Shown: piece by piece, positions 43,200 through 50,666 of the stretch
Position numbering within the stretch: the first letter of the stretch is position 1
Layout of the letters: each line of letters starts with the position of its first letter
Source of the DNA: Candidatus Limnocylindrales bacterium
GTDB lineage: Bacteria > Chloroflexota > Limnocylindria > Limnocylindrales > CSP1-4
Reading direction: 5' to 3'
DNA length: 64,000 nucleotides
Assembly (NCBI GenBank): GCA_036504355.1
Contig: DASXVG010000079.1
Span: forward strand, 580 to 64,579
Translations under genes and position numbers: made by a program
Notes under the pieces: generated by a model
Seen by the model: the letters and a program-made list of their open reading frames with translations, nothing else
Told to the model about the DNA's origin: nothing
The model's database searches: none

Positions 43200-44019
43200 T
43201 GTCCCCTCCCTCCTGGACGACGAGCGGTGACGGCGGCGGAGCGGCGACGTGCCACAGCCCGGAGCGCGCCTCACGAACGAAGTGGACGACGAGGAGCGCC
43301 GTCATGGGGATCAGCACCAGCTGTGGCCCGGACAGGCCGAACGCCTGCGGCTCGTTGCCGCGGACGAACTCCACCAGGAAGCGAAACGTGAACGCCGCAA
43401 GCAGGTAGGCCTTGAGCAGGTCGCCGTCGATCGGGACCCGCCCGCCCCACACGACGATCGCCCCGATCGCGGCGAGGTTGAAGGCGACCTCGTACAGCAT
43501 GCTCGGGTGCATCGGGCCATCGCAGCCCGGACACCACGGGAACGCGCCAGCGGCACTGGCCGGCACCGTCACCCCCCAGGGCATGGTGGTCGGCGTCCCG
43601 AGCGGCAGCTCGGACAGGTAGCAGCCGACCCGGCCCACGGCGACGGCGACCGGGATCGCGAGGGCGTAGCAGTCTCCGGTCGAGAACGGGTAGCGCAACG
43701 CCCGCTTGGTGACCACCGCCGCGACCCAGCCGCCGGCGATCGCCCCCAGCAGGCTCTTGCCACTGTGCTCGATGACCCAGGTCAGCGGCGCGGATCCGAG
43801 GTCCTCGTACGCCTCGAGATGCTCCCACGACAGGAGCAGCCGCCCGCCCACCCCGCCGCCGATGAGGACCGCGACCGAGATCAGCGCGATCCGCTCGTCC
43901 AGCATGCCTCGCCGCTGGAGCGCCAGGAAGTAGAGCGCGATCCCGAGCGCGATCCCCGCCGTCGAGAACAGGTCATGGGTCCCGACCGCGATGTCGCCGA
44001 CCCGCAGCACCGGCAGCAT
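43174..44019 (-). CDS. Lgt-family (prolipoprotein diacylglyceryl transferase-like) membrane protein, divergent paralogue
   Basis: LIGGGVGGRL. VGRVGCYLSELPLG aligns to the canonical GRxGNFxNxE motif. HPSMLYEVAFN aligns to the HPtQLYE motif. About 7 hydrophobic segments. Confidence 0.7.
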   Translation of the reverse strand: MLPVLRVGDIAVGTHDLFSTAGIALGIALYFLALQRRGMLDERIALISVAVLIGGGVGGRLLLSWEHLEAYEDLGSAPLTWVIEHSGKSLLGAIAGGWVAAVVTKRALRYPFSTGDCYALAIPVAVAVGRVGCYLSELPLGTPTTMPWGVTVPASAAGAFPWCPGCDGPMHPSMLYEVAFNLAAIGAIVVWGGRVPIDGDLLKAYLLAAFTFRFLVEFVRGNEPQAFGLSGPQLVLIPMTALLVVHFVREARSGLWHVAAPPPSPLVVQEGGDNGLAATTA

Positions 44020-44032
44020 GGGTGGCGCCCGC

Positions 44033-44590
44033 TCAGGCTCCGGGCGCGACAGTCGTCGAGGGTCGCGGGCGAGCGGGCAGCATCCGGTGCGTCACCTCTG
44101 TCATGTAGGTGCGGTAGGCCGGGTAGGCGGCGAGCAGCGTCTGCTCCTCGCGGGCGAGCTTGTAGCGGTCGAGGTACCAGGCGACCACCGGGACGAGCAG
44201 CAGGGCGACGAGGCTCGCACAGGCAAGGGCCCAGCCTGCGACCAGCAGGACCTGGGCGCTGCAGACGGGGTGCCGGCTGTACCGGTAGGGCCCGGACGTG
44301 ACCAGCCGGGCGGCCCGGCGGGGGACGACCCAGACCGAGAAGCTGTGCCCGAGGTGGGCGGCACCCCAGGCGAACACGAGCACCCCGGCGACCATGACCA
44401 CCGTCCCCGTGACGCCGAGGACGGTGCGGGGCCACCCGGCGATTGCCGGGCCGGTCAGCGGCGCCACGACGAGCGCCCCGATCTCGAGCAGCATCTGGAG
44501 CCCGATCCAGCCCTCGCCGCGCGTCCCCAGGGGCGGAAGCCGTGCCTCCGCTGCCTGCCGACCGCCCGATCCAGCCGCCGCGATCCCCAT
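44033..44590 (-). CDS. ICMT/PEMT-family membrane methyltransferase
   Basis: LVTSGPYRYSRHPVCSAQVLLVAGWAL followed by EEQTLLAAYPAYRTYMTEV is the C-terminal signature of the isoprenylcysteine carboxyl / phospholipid methyltransferase family. Start ATG 44590 is tentative. Confidence 0.65.
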   Translation of the reverse strand: MGIAAAGSGGRQAAEARLPPLGTRGEGWIGLQMLLEIGALVVAPLTGPAIAGWPRTVLGVTGTVVMVAGVLVFAWGAAHLGHSFSVWVVPRRAARLVTSGPYRYSRHPVCSAQVLLVAGWALACASLVALLLVPVVAWYLDRYKLAREEQTLLAAYPAYRTYMTEVTHRMLPARPRPSTTVAPGA

Positions 44591-44762
44591 GGCGCATCTC
44601 CCACGCGGAGCCTTGGCGTGTGAGCATGATCGAGCCCCCGGGCGACGCACAGGGCCAAGCGGCCCGCCGCGGGGCCGCGCCCGTGCGGCCCTGGGGCTTG
44701 TGAAGGACCTAGACTTCCCGCACTGCCCGCGTCCGACGCCGGGCCCAGTCCGCGGAGTCGCC

Positions 44763-47042
44763 GTGCCCGCTCGCATCCAGGTCCAGCGGCTCGCCACCTG
44801 GCTGCTGCTCGGCGCTGCCCTGACCGCGGCGATCGGGTACGCGGTTCTTCGTGGCAGCCTGCCCTCCGACGGCGCCCGCGTCGCGTTCTACGGGGATGCC
44901 TGGTCGGACCGAGGCATCCGGATCGAGCCGATCGATGCACCGGCTCCCGGGCTGCTGGCCGGCGACGTGATAGTCGCGGTTGCCGGACGCCCCATGGAGG
45001 CCTGGATGCGCGAGGTCGCGACCGGAGCGATCGCCGACCCCGGGGGTGGCAGGCCGATGGACTACCTGCTCGAGCGGGACGGCACTGCTGCCGGCGTCAC
45101 CGTCGCCTGGGCTGCGCCCGCAATCGGCGCCACGCTGCTCGCAGGCTGGAGCGTGCTGCTGTTCTCGATCGCGACTGCCGCGATCGCCGCATACGTCTAC
45201 GCCCGGAGGCCGCACGAGCCAGCCGCCTCGGCGCTGATGATCCTCGCGTCCGGCGCCGCTGGCAGCAGCATTCCCTGGTTCCTCGGAACGACCGTGAGCG
45301 ACGTCGTCCTCGGACCGCCGTTCCTGCTGCACATCCTGCTCACCGGGCCGCTGTACATGCTCATGTGGCCGGCAGGCCTGCACCTTGCGCTGGTGTTCCC
45401 AACCCGGTCGACCGCGGTCCGACGATGGCGCTGGCTGGTCGCGGCCGTGTACGGATCGGGGCTCGGTGCGTACCTCGCCGTCATGGGACTCGCGCTTGCG
45501 ATGAGCTCGTCCGCCCTGGACTGGGTCGGTCGCTGGCCCACGGTCCAGCTGGCGATCGTCGCGCCGACCGTGCTCACCACGATCGTCATCGTTGTCATCA
45601 GGTACCTGCGCACGACCGACCCGGCCGCACGGGCGAGGGTGCGACTCGTGACAGTCAGCGTCGTCGCGAGCGCCGTCGTCGGCCTGGTGCTGTTCCAGGG
45701 CCCGGAGCTCCTGTTCGGGCGTGCGATCCTGCCGGTCGAGGCGGTCGGCCTCATCGCCCTCCCGCTGCCGCTGGGGTTCGCCGCCGCCATCCTCCGCGAT
45801 CACCTGTTCGAGATCGATGTCGTCATTCGGCGCACGGTGGTCTACGGCGGGATGACCCTGGGCGTGCTCGCCGCCTACGTGGCGACGGTCTACGCCGTCA
45901 CCAGGCTGGCCGGCCAGGAGCCTGGCTTCGCGGGCTCGCTCCTCGCCACGGGGGTCGCCGCGCTCGTCGCCCTCCCGCTGCGGGACGGGCTCCAGCGGGT
46001 CGTGAGCCGGGCGATCTACGGCTCGCGCGACGAGCCGTGGCGGGCGATGCGGCGGCTCGGCGCGCGGCTCGAGTGGGCCGTGGACCCGGAGCGGGCGTTC
46101 CCCGCGGTCGCCGAGATCGTCGCCGACGCGCTCCGGCTGCCGTACGTGGGGGTCGAGGTCGTGGACGAAGTCGGTCGGGCGGAGATCGTGGCGGAGCACG
46201 GCAGCGCCCCGGCCACGGTGGAGGCCGTGCCGCTCGTCCACGGCGGTGAGGCGGTCGGGCGCCTCCTCATGGGGGTCCGCTCGGGCGAAGACGGGTTCCA
46301 GCCCGCCGAGCTCGCGCTGCTCCGGGACCTCGCCCGCCAGGCGGGCGCCGCGATCCACGCCCAGCGGCTGCGCGACGACCTCGCCCGCTCTCGCGAACGT
46401 CTCGTCGTCGCGCGGGAGGAGGAGCGGCGCCGGCTCCGGCGGGACCTCCACGATGGCCTCGGGCCGACGCTCGCCGCGATCGGGATGCGCGCCGAGGCAG
46501 CCGAGACGCTGCTCGACGATGGCGTCTCGGCAACACGACCCCAGCTCGAGGCGCTGCGCGCCGAGGTGGCGACCGCGCTCGCCGACGTGCGGCGGCTCGT
46601 GGACGGCCTGCGGCCGCCGGCGCTCGACGAGCTCGGCCTCGTGGGGGCCATCGGCCAGCAGGCGGCGCGGCTCGATGCGGGCACCGGCGACGGGACGGGC
46701 CTCGCAGCGATCCAGGTCGAGAGCGACCCCACGACGCTGCCCGACCTTCCCGCGGCGGTGGAGGTTGCCGCGTACAGGATCACGGTGGAGGCAATGACCA
46801 ACGTCGTCCGTCACGCCGGTGCGCGGCTGTGCAGGGTGCGCCTCGTGGCCGGGGCCCAGCTCACCATCGAGGTGACCGACGACGGACGCGGCCTGCCGGT
46901 GCCGGTCCGAGCCGGCACGGGCCTCGAGTCCATGCGCGAGCGAGCGGAGGAGCTGGGCGGCCACGTCGTCTTCGAGCGGATCCCCGACGGCGGCACGCGC
47001 GTCGTCGCCCGCCTGCCACTCGAGCGGGGAGTCCCGGCGTGA
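44763..47042 (+). CDS. Sensor histidine kinase: N-terminal extracytoplasmic segment, polytopic membrane region, GAF-like domain, HisKA_3, HATPase_c
   Basis: PDZ-like stretch GLLAGDVIVAVAGRPMEAW, then 8 or more hydrophobic segments. GAF-like region FPAVAEIVADALRLPYVGVEVVD...GRLLMG. H-box EERRRLRRDLHDGLGPTLAAI. ATP-binding region VTDDGRGL...GTGLESMRERAEELGG. Start uncertain (GTG 44700 or 44763). Confidence 0.8.
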   Translation: MPARIQVQRLATWLLLGAALTAAIGYAVLRGSLPSDGARVAFYGDAWSDRGIRIEPIDAPAPGLLAGDVIVAVAGRPMEAWMREVATGAIADPGGGRPMDYLLERDGTAAGVTVAWAAPAIGATLLAGWSVLLFSIATAAIAAYVYARRPHEPAASALMILASGAAGSSIPWFLGTTVSDVVLGPPFLLHILLTGPLYMLMWPAGLHLALVFPTRSTAVRRWRWLVAAVYGSGLGAYLAVMGLALAMSSSALDWVGRWPTVQLAIVAPTVLTTIVIVVIRYLRTTDPAARARVRLVTVSVVASAVVGLVLFQGPELLFGRAILPVEAVGLIALPLPLGFAAAILRDHLFEIDVVIRRTVVYGGMTLGVLAAYVATVYAVTRLAGQEPGFAGSLLATGVAALVALPLRDGLQRVVSRAIYGSRDEPWRAMRRLGARLEWAVDPERAFPAVAEIVADALRLPYVGVEVVDEVGRAEIVAEHGSAPATVEAVPLVHGGEAVGRLLMGVRSGEDGFQPAELALLRDLARQAGAAIHAQRLRDDLARSRERLVVAREEERRRLRRDLHDGLGPTLAAIGMRAEAAETLLDDGVSATRPQLEALRAEVATALADVRRLVDGLRPPALDELGLVGAIGQQAARLDAGTGDGTGLAAIQVESDPTTLPDLPAAVEVAAYRITVEAMTNVVRHAGARLCRVRLVAGAQLTIEVTDDGRGLPVPVRAGTGLESMRERAEELGGHVVFERIPDGGTRVVARLPLERGVPA

Positions 47043-47731
47043 CGGCGGACGGACAGCGCACGGACAGCGTGGCAACCCGGGTGCTCATCGCGGACGACCA
47101 CGCCGCCTTCCGAGGCGGCCTCCGGGCGCTGCTCGACACCGTCGGCGACATCGTCGTGGTGGGCGAGGCCGACACCGGTGACGCAACGGTCGAGGCGGCA
47201 CGGGCGCTCCAGCCGGACGTCGTGATGATGGACATCAACATGCCCGGGATCGACGGGGTGGAGGCGACCCGCCGCATCGTCGACGCCGAGCCGCACGTCG
47301 CGATCCTCGTCCTGACCATGCACGACGACGACGAGACGGTCTTCGCCGCCGTGCGTGCCGGTGCCCGGGGCTATCTCCTGAAGGGCGCCCAGCGAGCGGA
47401 ACTGGTGCGGGCCGTACGATCGGTCGCGGCCGGCGAGGCGATCTTCGGACCCGGCGTGGCCCGGCGGCTGATGTCCTACTTCGCCCGTCCCGCGCCGCGA
47501 TCCGACCCGGAGGCCTTCCCGGAGCTCACGGAGCGCGAGCGCGAGATCCTCGACATGGTGGCGGCCGGCAGGTCGAACGGCGAGATCACGGCGACGCTCG
47601 TCCTCTCGCCAAAGACGGTGCGCAACCACGTCTCGAACATCTTCGCGAAGCTCCAGGTGCGTGACCGCTCCGAGGCGATCGTTCGCGCCCGGGAGGCGGG
47701 CTTGGGCGGCGAGAGCGGCACCGCGGGCTGA
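47039..47731 (+). CDS. NarL/LuxR-family response regulator
   Basis: GTGA overlap with the kinase stop. REC domain: RVLIADDHAAFRGGL...DVVMMDINMPGIDG. LuxR HTH: LTEREREILDMVAAGRSNGEITATLVLSPKTVRNHVSNIFAKLQV. Confidence 0.9.
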   Translation: MTADGQRTDSVATRVLIADDHAAFRGGLRALLDTVGDIVVVGEADTGDATVEAARALQPDVVMMDINMPGIDGVEATRRIVDAEPHVAILVLTMHDDDETVFAAVRAGARGYLLKGAQRAELVRAVRSVAAGEAIFGPGVARRLMSYFARPAPRSDPEAFPELTEREREILDMVAAGRSNGEITATLVLSPKTVRNHVSNIFAKLQVRDRSEAIVRAREAGLGGESGTAG

Positions 47732-47745
47732 GGCGTCCAGTCCGT

Positions 47746-47787
47746 GATCGGGACACCGATCGGGACACCGATCGGGACCACGGTCCC
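47746..47787. repeat. Three tandem 12-bp direct repeats GATCGGGACACC ending in the palindrome GGGACCACGGTCCC (candidate regulator binding site)
   Basis: gatcgggacacc (47746-57), gatcgggacacc (47758-69), gatcgggaccac (47770-81), then ggtccc (47782-87). Lies between the response regulator stop (47731) and the next gene start (47874). Confidence 0.6.
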
Positions 47788-47873
47788 ATGACGGCGGGAC
47801 GGCCCACGAGGGAGGCTGCGGGAGCCGGCCAAGGGATGCGCTCGCAGTCCCCGGCGACAGGAGGCCCGATCCG

Positions 47874-48281
47874 ATGCGCGTCCTCGCCCGGAGCATCGCG
47901 CTCGCACTGGCGCTCACGACCGTGCCGCTGGCCGCGGTCGCCGCCCACGAGTGCATCGTCGTCAACCGGTCGGATACCGGCAACCAGCATGCGAGCGGTT
48001 CGGGCCGCTGGATGACGATCACGCTCGCTGACCTCTACGCCTCCACCGAGGAGCACGGGCTGCCGGACCTCACCGCGGCGCAGGTCGCGTATGCCGTGGA
48101 CGCCGCGTCTGCCGCGGGCGTCCCGGACAGCTTCACGTTCCGCAGCGACAAGCTGCTGCCTCCCTCAGACGCGTGGGACGCGAGCGGCCTCGCCACTGAC
48201 GGCAAGGGCATCGACCACTTCTTCGACGTCTACGGCGATCGGATCATCGGGGCGCTGTTCGCCGCGCTCGCGAACGCCTGA
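47874..48281 (+). CDS. Secreted hypothetical protein
   Basis: Signal peptide MRVLARSIALALALTTVPLAAVAA. No motif recognised. Confidence 0.55.
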   Translation: MRVLARSIALALALTTVPLAAVAAHECIVVNRSDTGNQHASGSGRWMTITLADLYASTEEHGLPDLTAAQVAYAVDAASAAGVPDSFTFRSDKLLPPSDAWDASGLATDGKGIDHFFDVYGDRIIGALFAALANA

Positions 48282-48307
48282 TTGGCCGTGGTTGCGGAGG
48301 GATCGAG

Positions 48308-48742
48308 ATGATCACGACCGGCGCCCGGCGCGGCCACGCGATCGTCGTCGCAGCGTTCGCGGCGTGCGGCGTCATCCAGGTGTTCCTGGCGGGTCTTGGC
48401 GTGTTCGCAGACCCCGGCGCGTTCGTCAGCCACCGCGAGTTCGGGTACCTGTTCGGCTGGCTCACGCTCGTCGCGCTCGTGCTCGCGCTCGTCGGCCGGC
48501 TGCCGCGTCGGCTCATCGGGGCGACCGTCCTGCTGCTGGTGCTGTTCGCGATGCAGTCCGTGCTCGTGGCGCTGCGCGCCGAGATGCCGGCTGTCGCGGC
48601 GCTCCACCCGGTGAACGGGTTCGCCATCATCGGCCTGGCGGTCGCCACGGCCCGTGCGTCGTGGCGTGTACGCGACGCCCCTGCACCCGCCGCCGTCGCG
48701 GCCGCCGACCTCGGCGCGCCCGCCCCGTCCGGCATCGATTGA
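48308..48742 (+). CDS. Small polytopic membrane protein (hypothetical)
   Basis: Four hydrophobic segments, e.g. AIVVAAFAACGVIQVFLAGLGVF and LIGATVLLLVLFAMQSVLVAL. Confidence 0.55.
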   Translation: MITTGARRGHAIVVAAFAACGVIQVFLAGLGVFADPGAFVSHREFGYLFGWLTLVALVLALVGRLPRRLIGATVLLLVLFAMQSVLVALRAEMPAVAALHPVNGFAIIGLAVATARASWRVRDAPAPAAVAAADLGAPAPSGID

Positions 48743-48762
48743 GCGAAGAGGAGTCGCGCCCC

Positions 48763-49350
48763 ATGATCGACCTGCGTTCCCGGCCGGGGCCGGACCCGCT
48801 CCTCGCGGCCAGCGCGATGCGCGCCAGCGGAATCGTCGGCGGGATCGGGCTGGTGTTCCTTGTCGGCATGTACACGGCGTTCGCCGCCGGCGCCCGCTCC
48901 CTGGGCATGACGCTTGGGTTCGTGAACGACCTCACCGGGGTCATCACGCTCCCGATGGCGCTGCCCGGCGTCCTGGCCCTCCACGCGCGCGTGCGCCCCT
49001 ACGCCGGTCGACCCGCCGACGCGTTGCTCGTCGTCGGCATCGGGGCCGGGGGCGCGATCGTCGTCCTCCAGGTCCTGCTGGTCACGAAGGCGCTGACCTT
49101 CGAGGAGCAGATCGGGCCGGTCTCGGCCGCGTTCCTCGTGCTGGGCGCCTGGTTCGTGCTGAGCGGACGCCTCGCGGCGCGTGCGGGTGTCCTCCCCGGT
49201 GGGACGCGCCTGGGGGTCCTCGCCGCCAGCTACGCGGGCTACCCCGTGTGGGCATTCCGGATCGCCCGGGCGCTCGAAGGGGACGCCCCGAACATCGCCG
49301 CGGACGCTGCCGCGACCAGCGCAGACGCCGGCAGGCCCGCCCACGCCTGA
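48763..49350 (+). CDS. Polytopic membrane protein (hypothetical)
   Basis: gaagaggag lies upstream of ATG 48763. Hydrophobic segments: GIVGGIGLVFLVGMYTAFAAG, VVGIGAGGAIVVLQVLLV, AAFLVLGAWFVLSG. Confidence 0.55.
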   Translation: MIDLRSRPGPDPLLAASAMRASGIVGGIGLVFLVGMYTAFAAGARSLGMTLGFVNDLTGVITLPMALPGVLALHARVRPYAGRPADALLVVGIGAGGAIVVLQVLLVTKALTFEEQIGPVSAAFLVLGAWFVLSGRLAARAGVLPGGTRLGVLAASYAGYPVWAFRIARALEGDAPNIAADAAATSADAGRPAHA

Positions 49351-49401
49351 TCGGCGCATGCCCGCGCCGCCGGCGGCCGCCGGCCCACCCCGGAGGTTCG
49401 C

Positions 49402-49866
49402 GTGTATCCCTGGCTCGTGACACTCCACCTGCTCGGCATGGTCCTGTTCCTGCTCGCCCATGGCGTGTCGATTTGGGTCGCCTTCGCGGTCCGCGGCGAG
49501 CGACGACGCGACACCGTGGTGGCCCTGCTCGACCTGTCGCGCCGCGCGGCGCAGGTCATCTACCTCGGCCTCGCGCTGCTCGGCATCGGCGGCCTGGGTG
49601 CGGCCTGGTCCGCCGGCCTCCTCACCGCGCCCTGGGTCGTCATGTCCTATGCCGTGGTGGTCGTGATCCTGGTCGCGATGTTCGCGACCGCCTCCCCGTA
49701 CTACCACGGCCTGCGCGCGGCCATCGCCGGGACGGCAGGCGAGCCGCCGATCGACGACGATGCGCTCGATCGCCGGCTCCGGACGCGGCGCCCGGAGCTG
49801 CTGGCCACACTCGGGGGGGTCGGGCTCGTGAGCCTGGTCGTCCTGATGACCGTCAAGCCGGGCTGA
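49402..49866 (+). CDS. Small polytopic membrane protein (hypothetical, DUF2269-like topology)
   Basis: WLVTLHLLGMVLFLLAHGVSIWVAF plus three further hydrophobic segments. Confidence 0.55.
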   Translation: MYPWLVTLHLLGMVLFLLAHGVSIWVAFAVRGERRRDTVVALLDLSRRAAQVIYLGLALLGIGGLGAAWSAGLLTAPWVVMSYAVVVVILVAMFATASPYYHGLRAAIAGTAGEPPIDDDALDRRLRTRRPELLATLGGVGLVSLVVLMTVKPG

Positions 49867-49895
49867 GCCGTGGCCCGCATCGCACTGCCCGGAGG

Positions 49896-50531
49896 ATGCC
49901 CGTGACGCTCGACGCTCGCACGCTCGCCGCCGCCCTGCTGGTGCTCACCCCGCTGGTCGGCGGGATCCCGATCGGCTATCCGCCGCTGCTGCCGGTCTGG
50001 TCCGCCACGAGGGAGCGGCACATCGAGATCATCGCGGCGCATCGGCGCTCGTGGCTGCTCCTCAACGCCGGGTTCTGCCTGGCGACCCTGGGCACGGGGG
50101 CCGGCCTCGTTGCGCTCGCGGTGGACCTGGCCGATGACGCCGGCGTGAGCGCAGCCGTCGGGGCGCTCGCGGCGGTGTACCTGGCGGCAGGCGTGCTGTG
50201 GTGCGCGGTGCTCGCGATCCGCGCCCGTACGACGCCGGCCTTGTTCGACCTCGGCGCGACGCACGCCGAACCAAGCCCGGCCGAGGTGCTCCTCGGCGCG
50301 GCGACCGGGGGGATGTTCGTGGTGTTCGTGCTCGCGACCGCCGTCACGCTCGTGTGCCTGTTCGCGGTCCTCGCGCTCGGGGGCGTCGTCCCGGTCGTCG
50401 TGGCGATCGTCGGCGGGCTGATCGCAGCCGTCGCGCTCGTCGGCCAGCTCGTCACCGGCGACACGATCCCGGCCGTCCTCTACCTGCCGACGCTGCTCGT
50501 CGGGATCTCGCTGCTGGCGGGCTGGAGCTGA
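49896..50531 (+). CDS. Polytopic membrane protein (hypothetical)
   Basis: ggagg lies upstream; the start is ATG 49896 or GTG 49902. Six hydrophobic segments. Confidence 0.5.
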   Translation: MPVTLDARTLAAALLVLTPLVGGIPIGYPPLLPVWSATRERHIEIIAAHRRSWLLLNAGFCLATLGTGAGLVALAVDLADDAGVSAAVGALAAVYLAAGVLWCAVLAIRARTTPALFDLGATHAEPSPAEVLLGAATGGMFVVFVLATAVTLVCLFAVLALGGVVPVVVAIVGGLIAAVALVGQLVTGDTIPAVLYLPTLLVGISLLAGWS

Positions 50532-50666
50532 CGTCCTCGGGTCGGCCGCATCGGCGGGCGGAGCCGCCCGCAAGGGGGCCGGGTCGGGCCGCCCACGGGG
50601 TGTACGATCGACCGGCTGTCCCTTTCCGCGCGCCCGCGCGAGACCGCAACGGAGACCTCCTGACCG

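Noticed and set aside
44709-47075. A 788-aa minus-strand ORF antisense to the sensor kinase, and a 870-aa ORF (49701..52313) antisense to lpd
   Set aside because: Both are low-complexity Arg/Asp/Gly-rich translations, whereas the opposite strand encodes unmistakable kinase and dihydrolipoyl dehydrogenase motifs.
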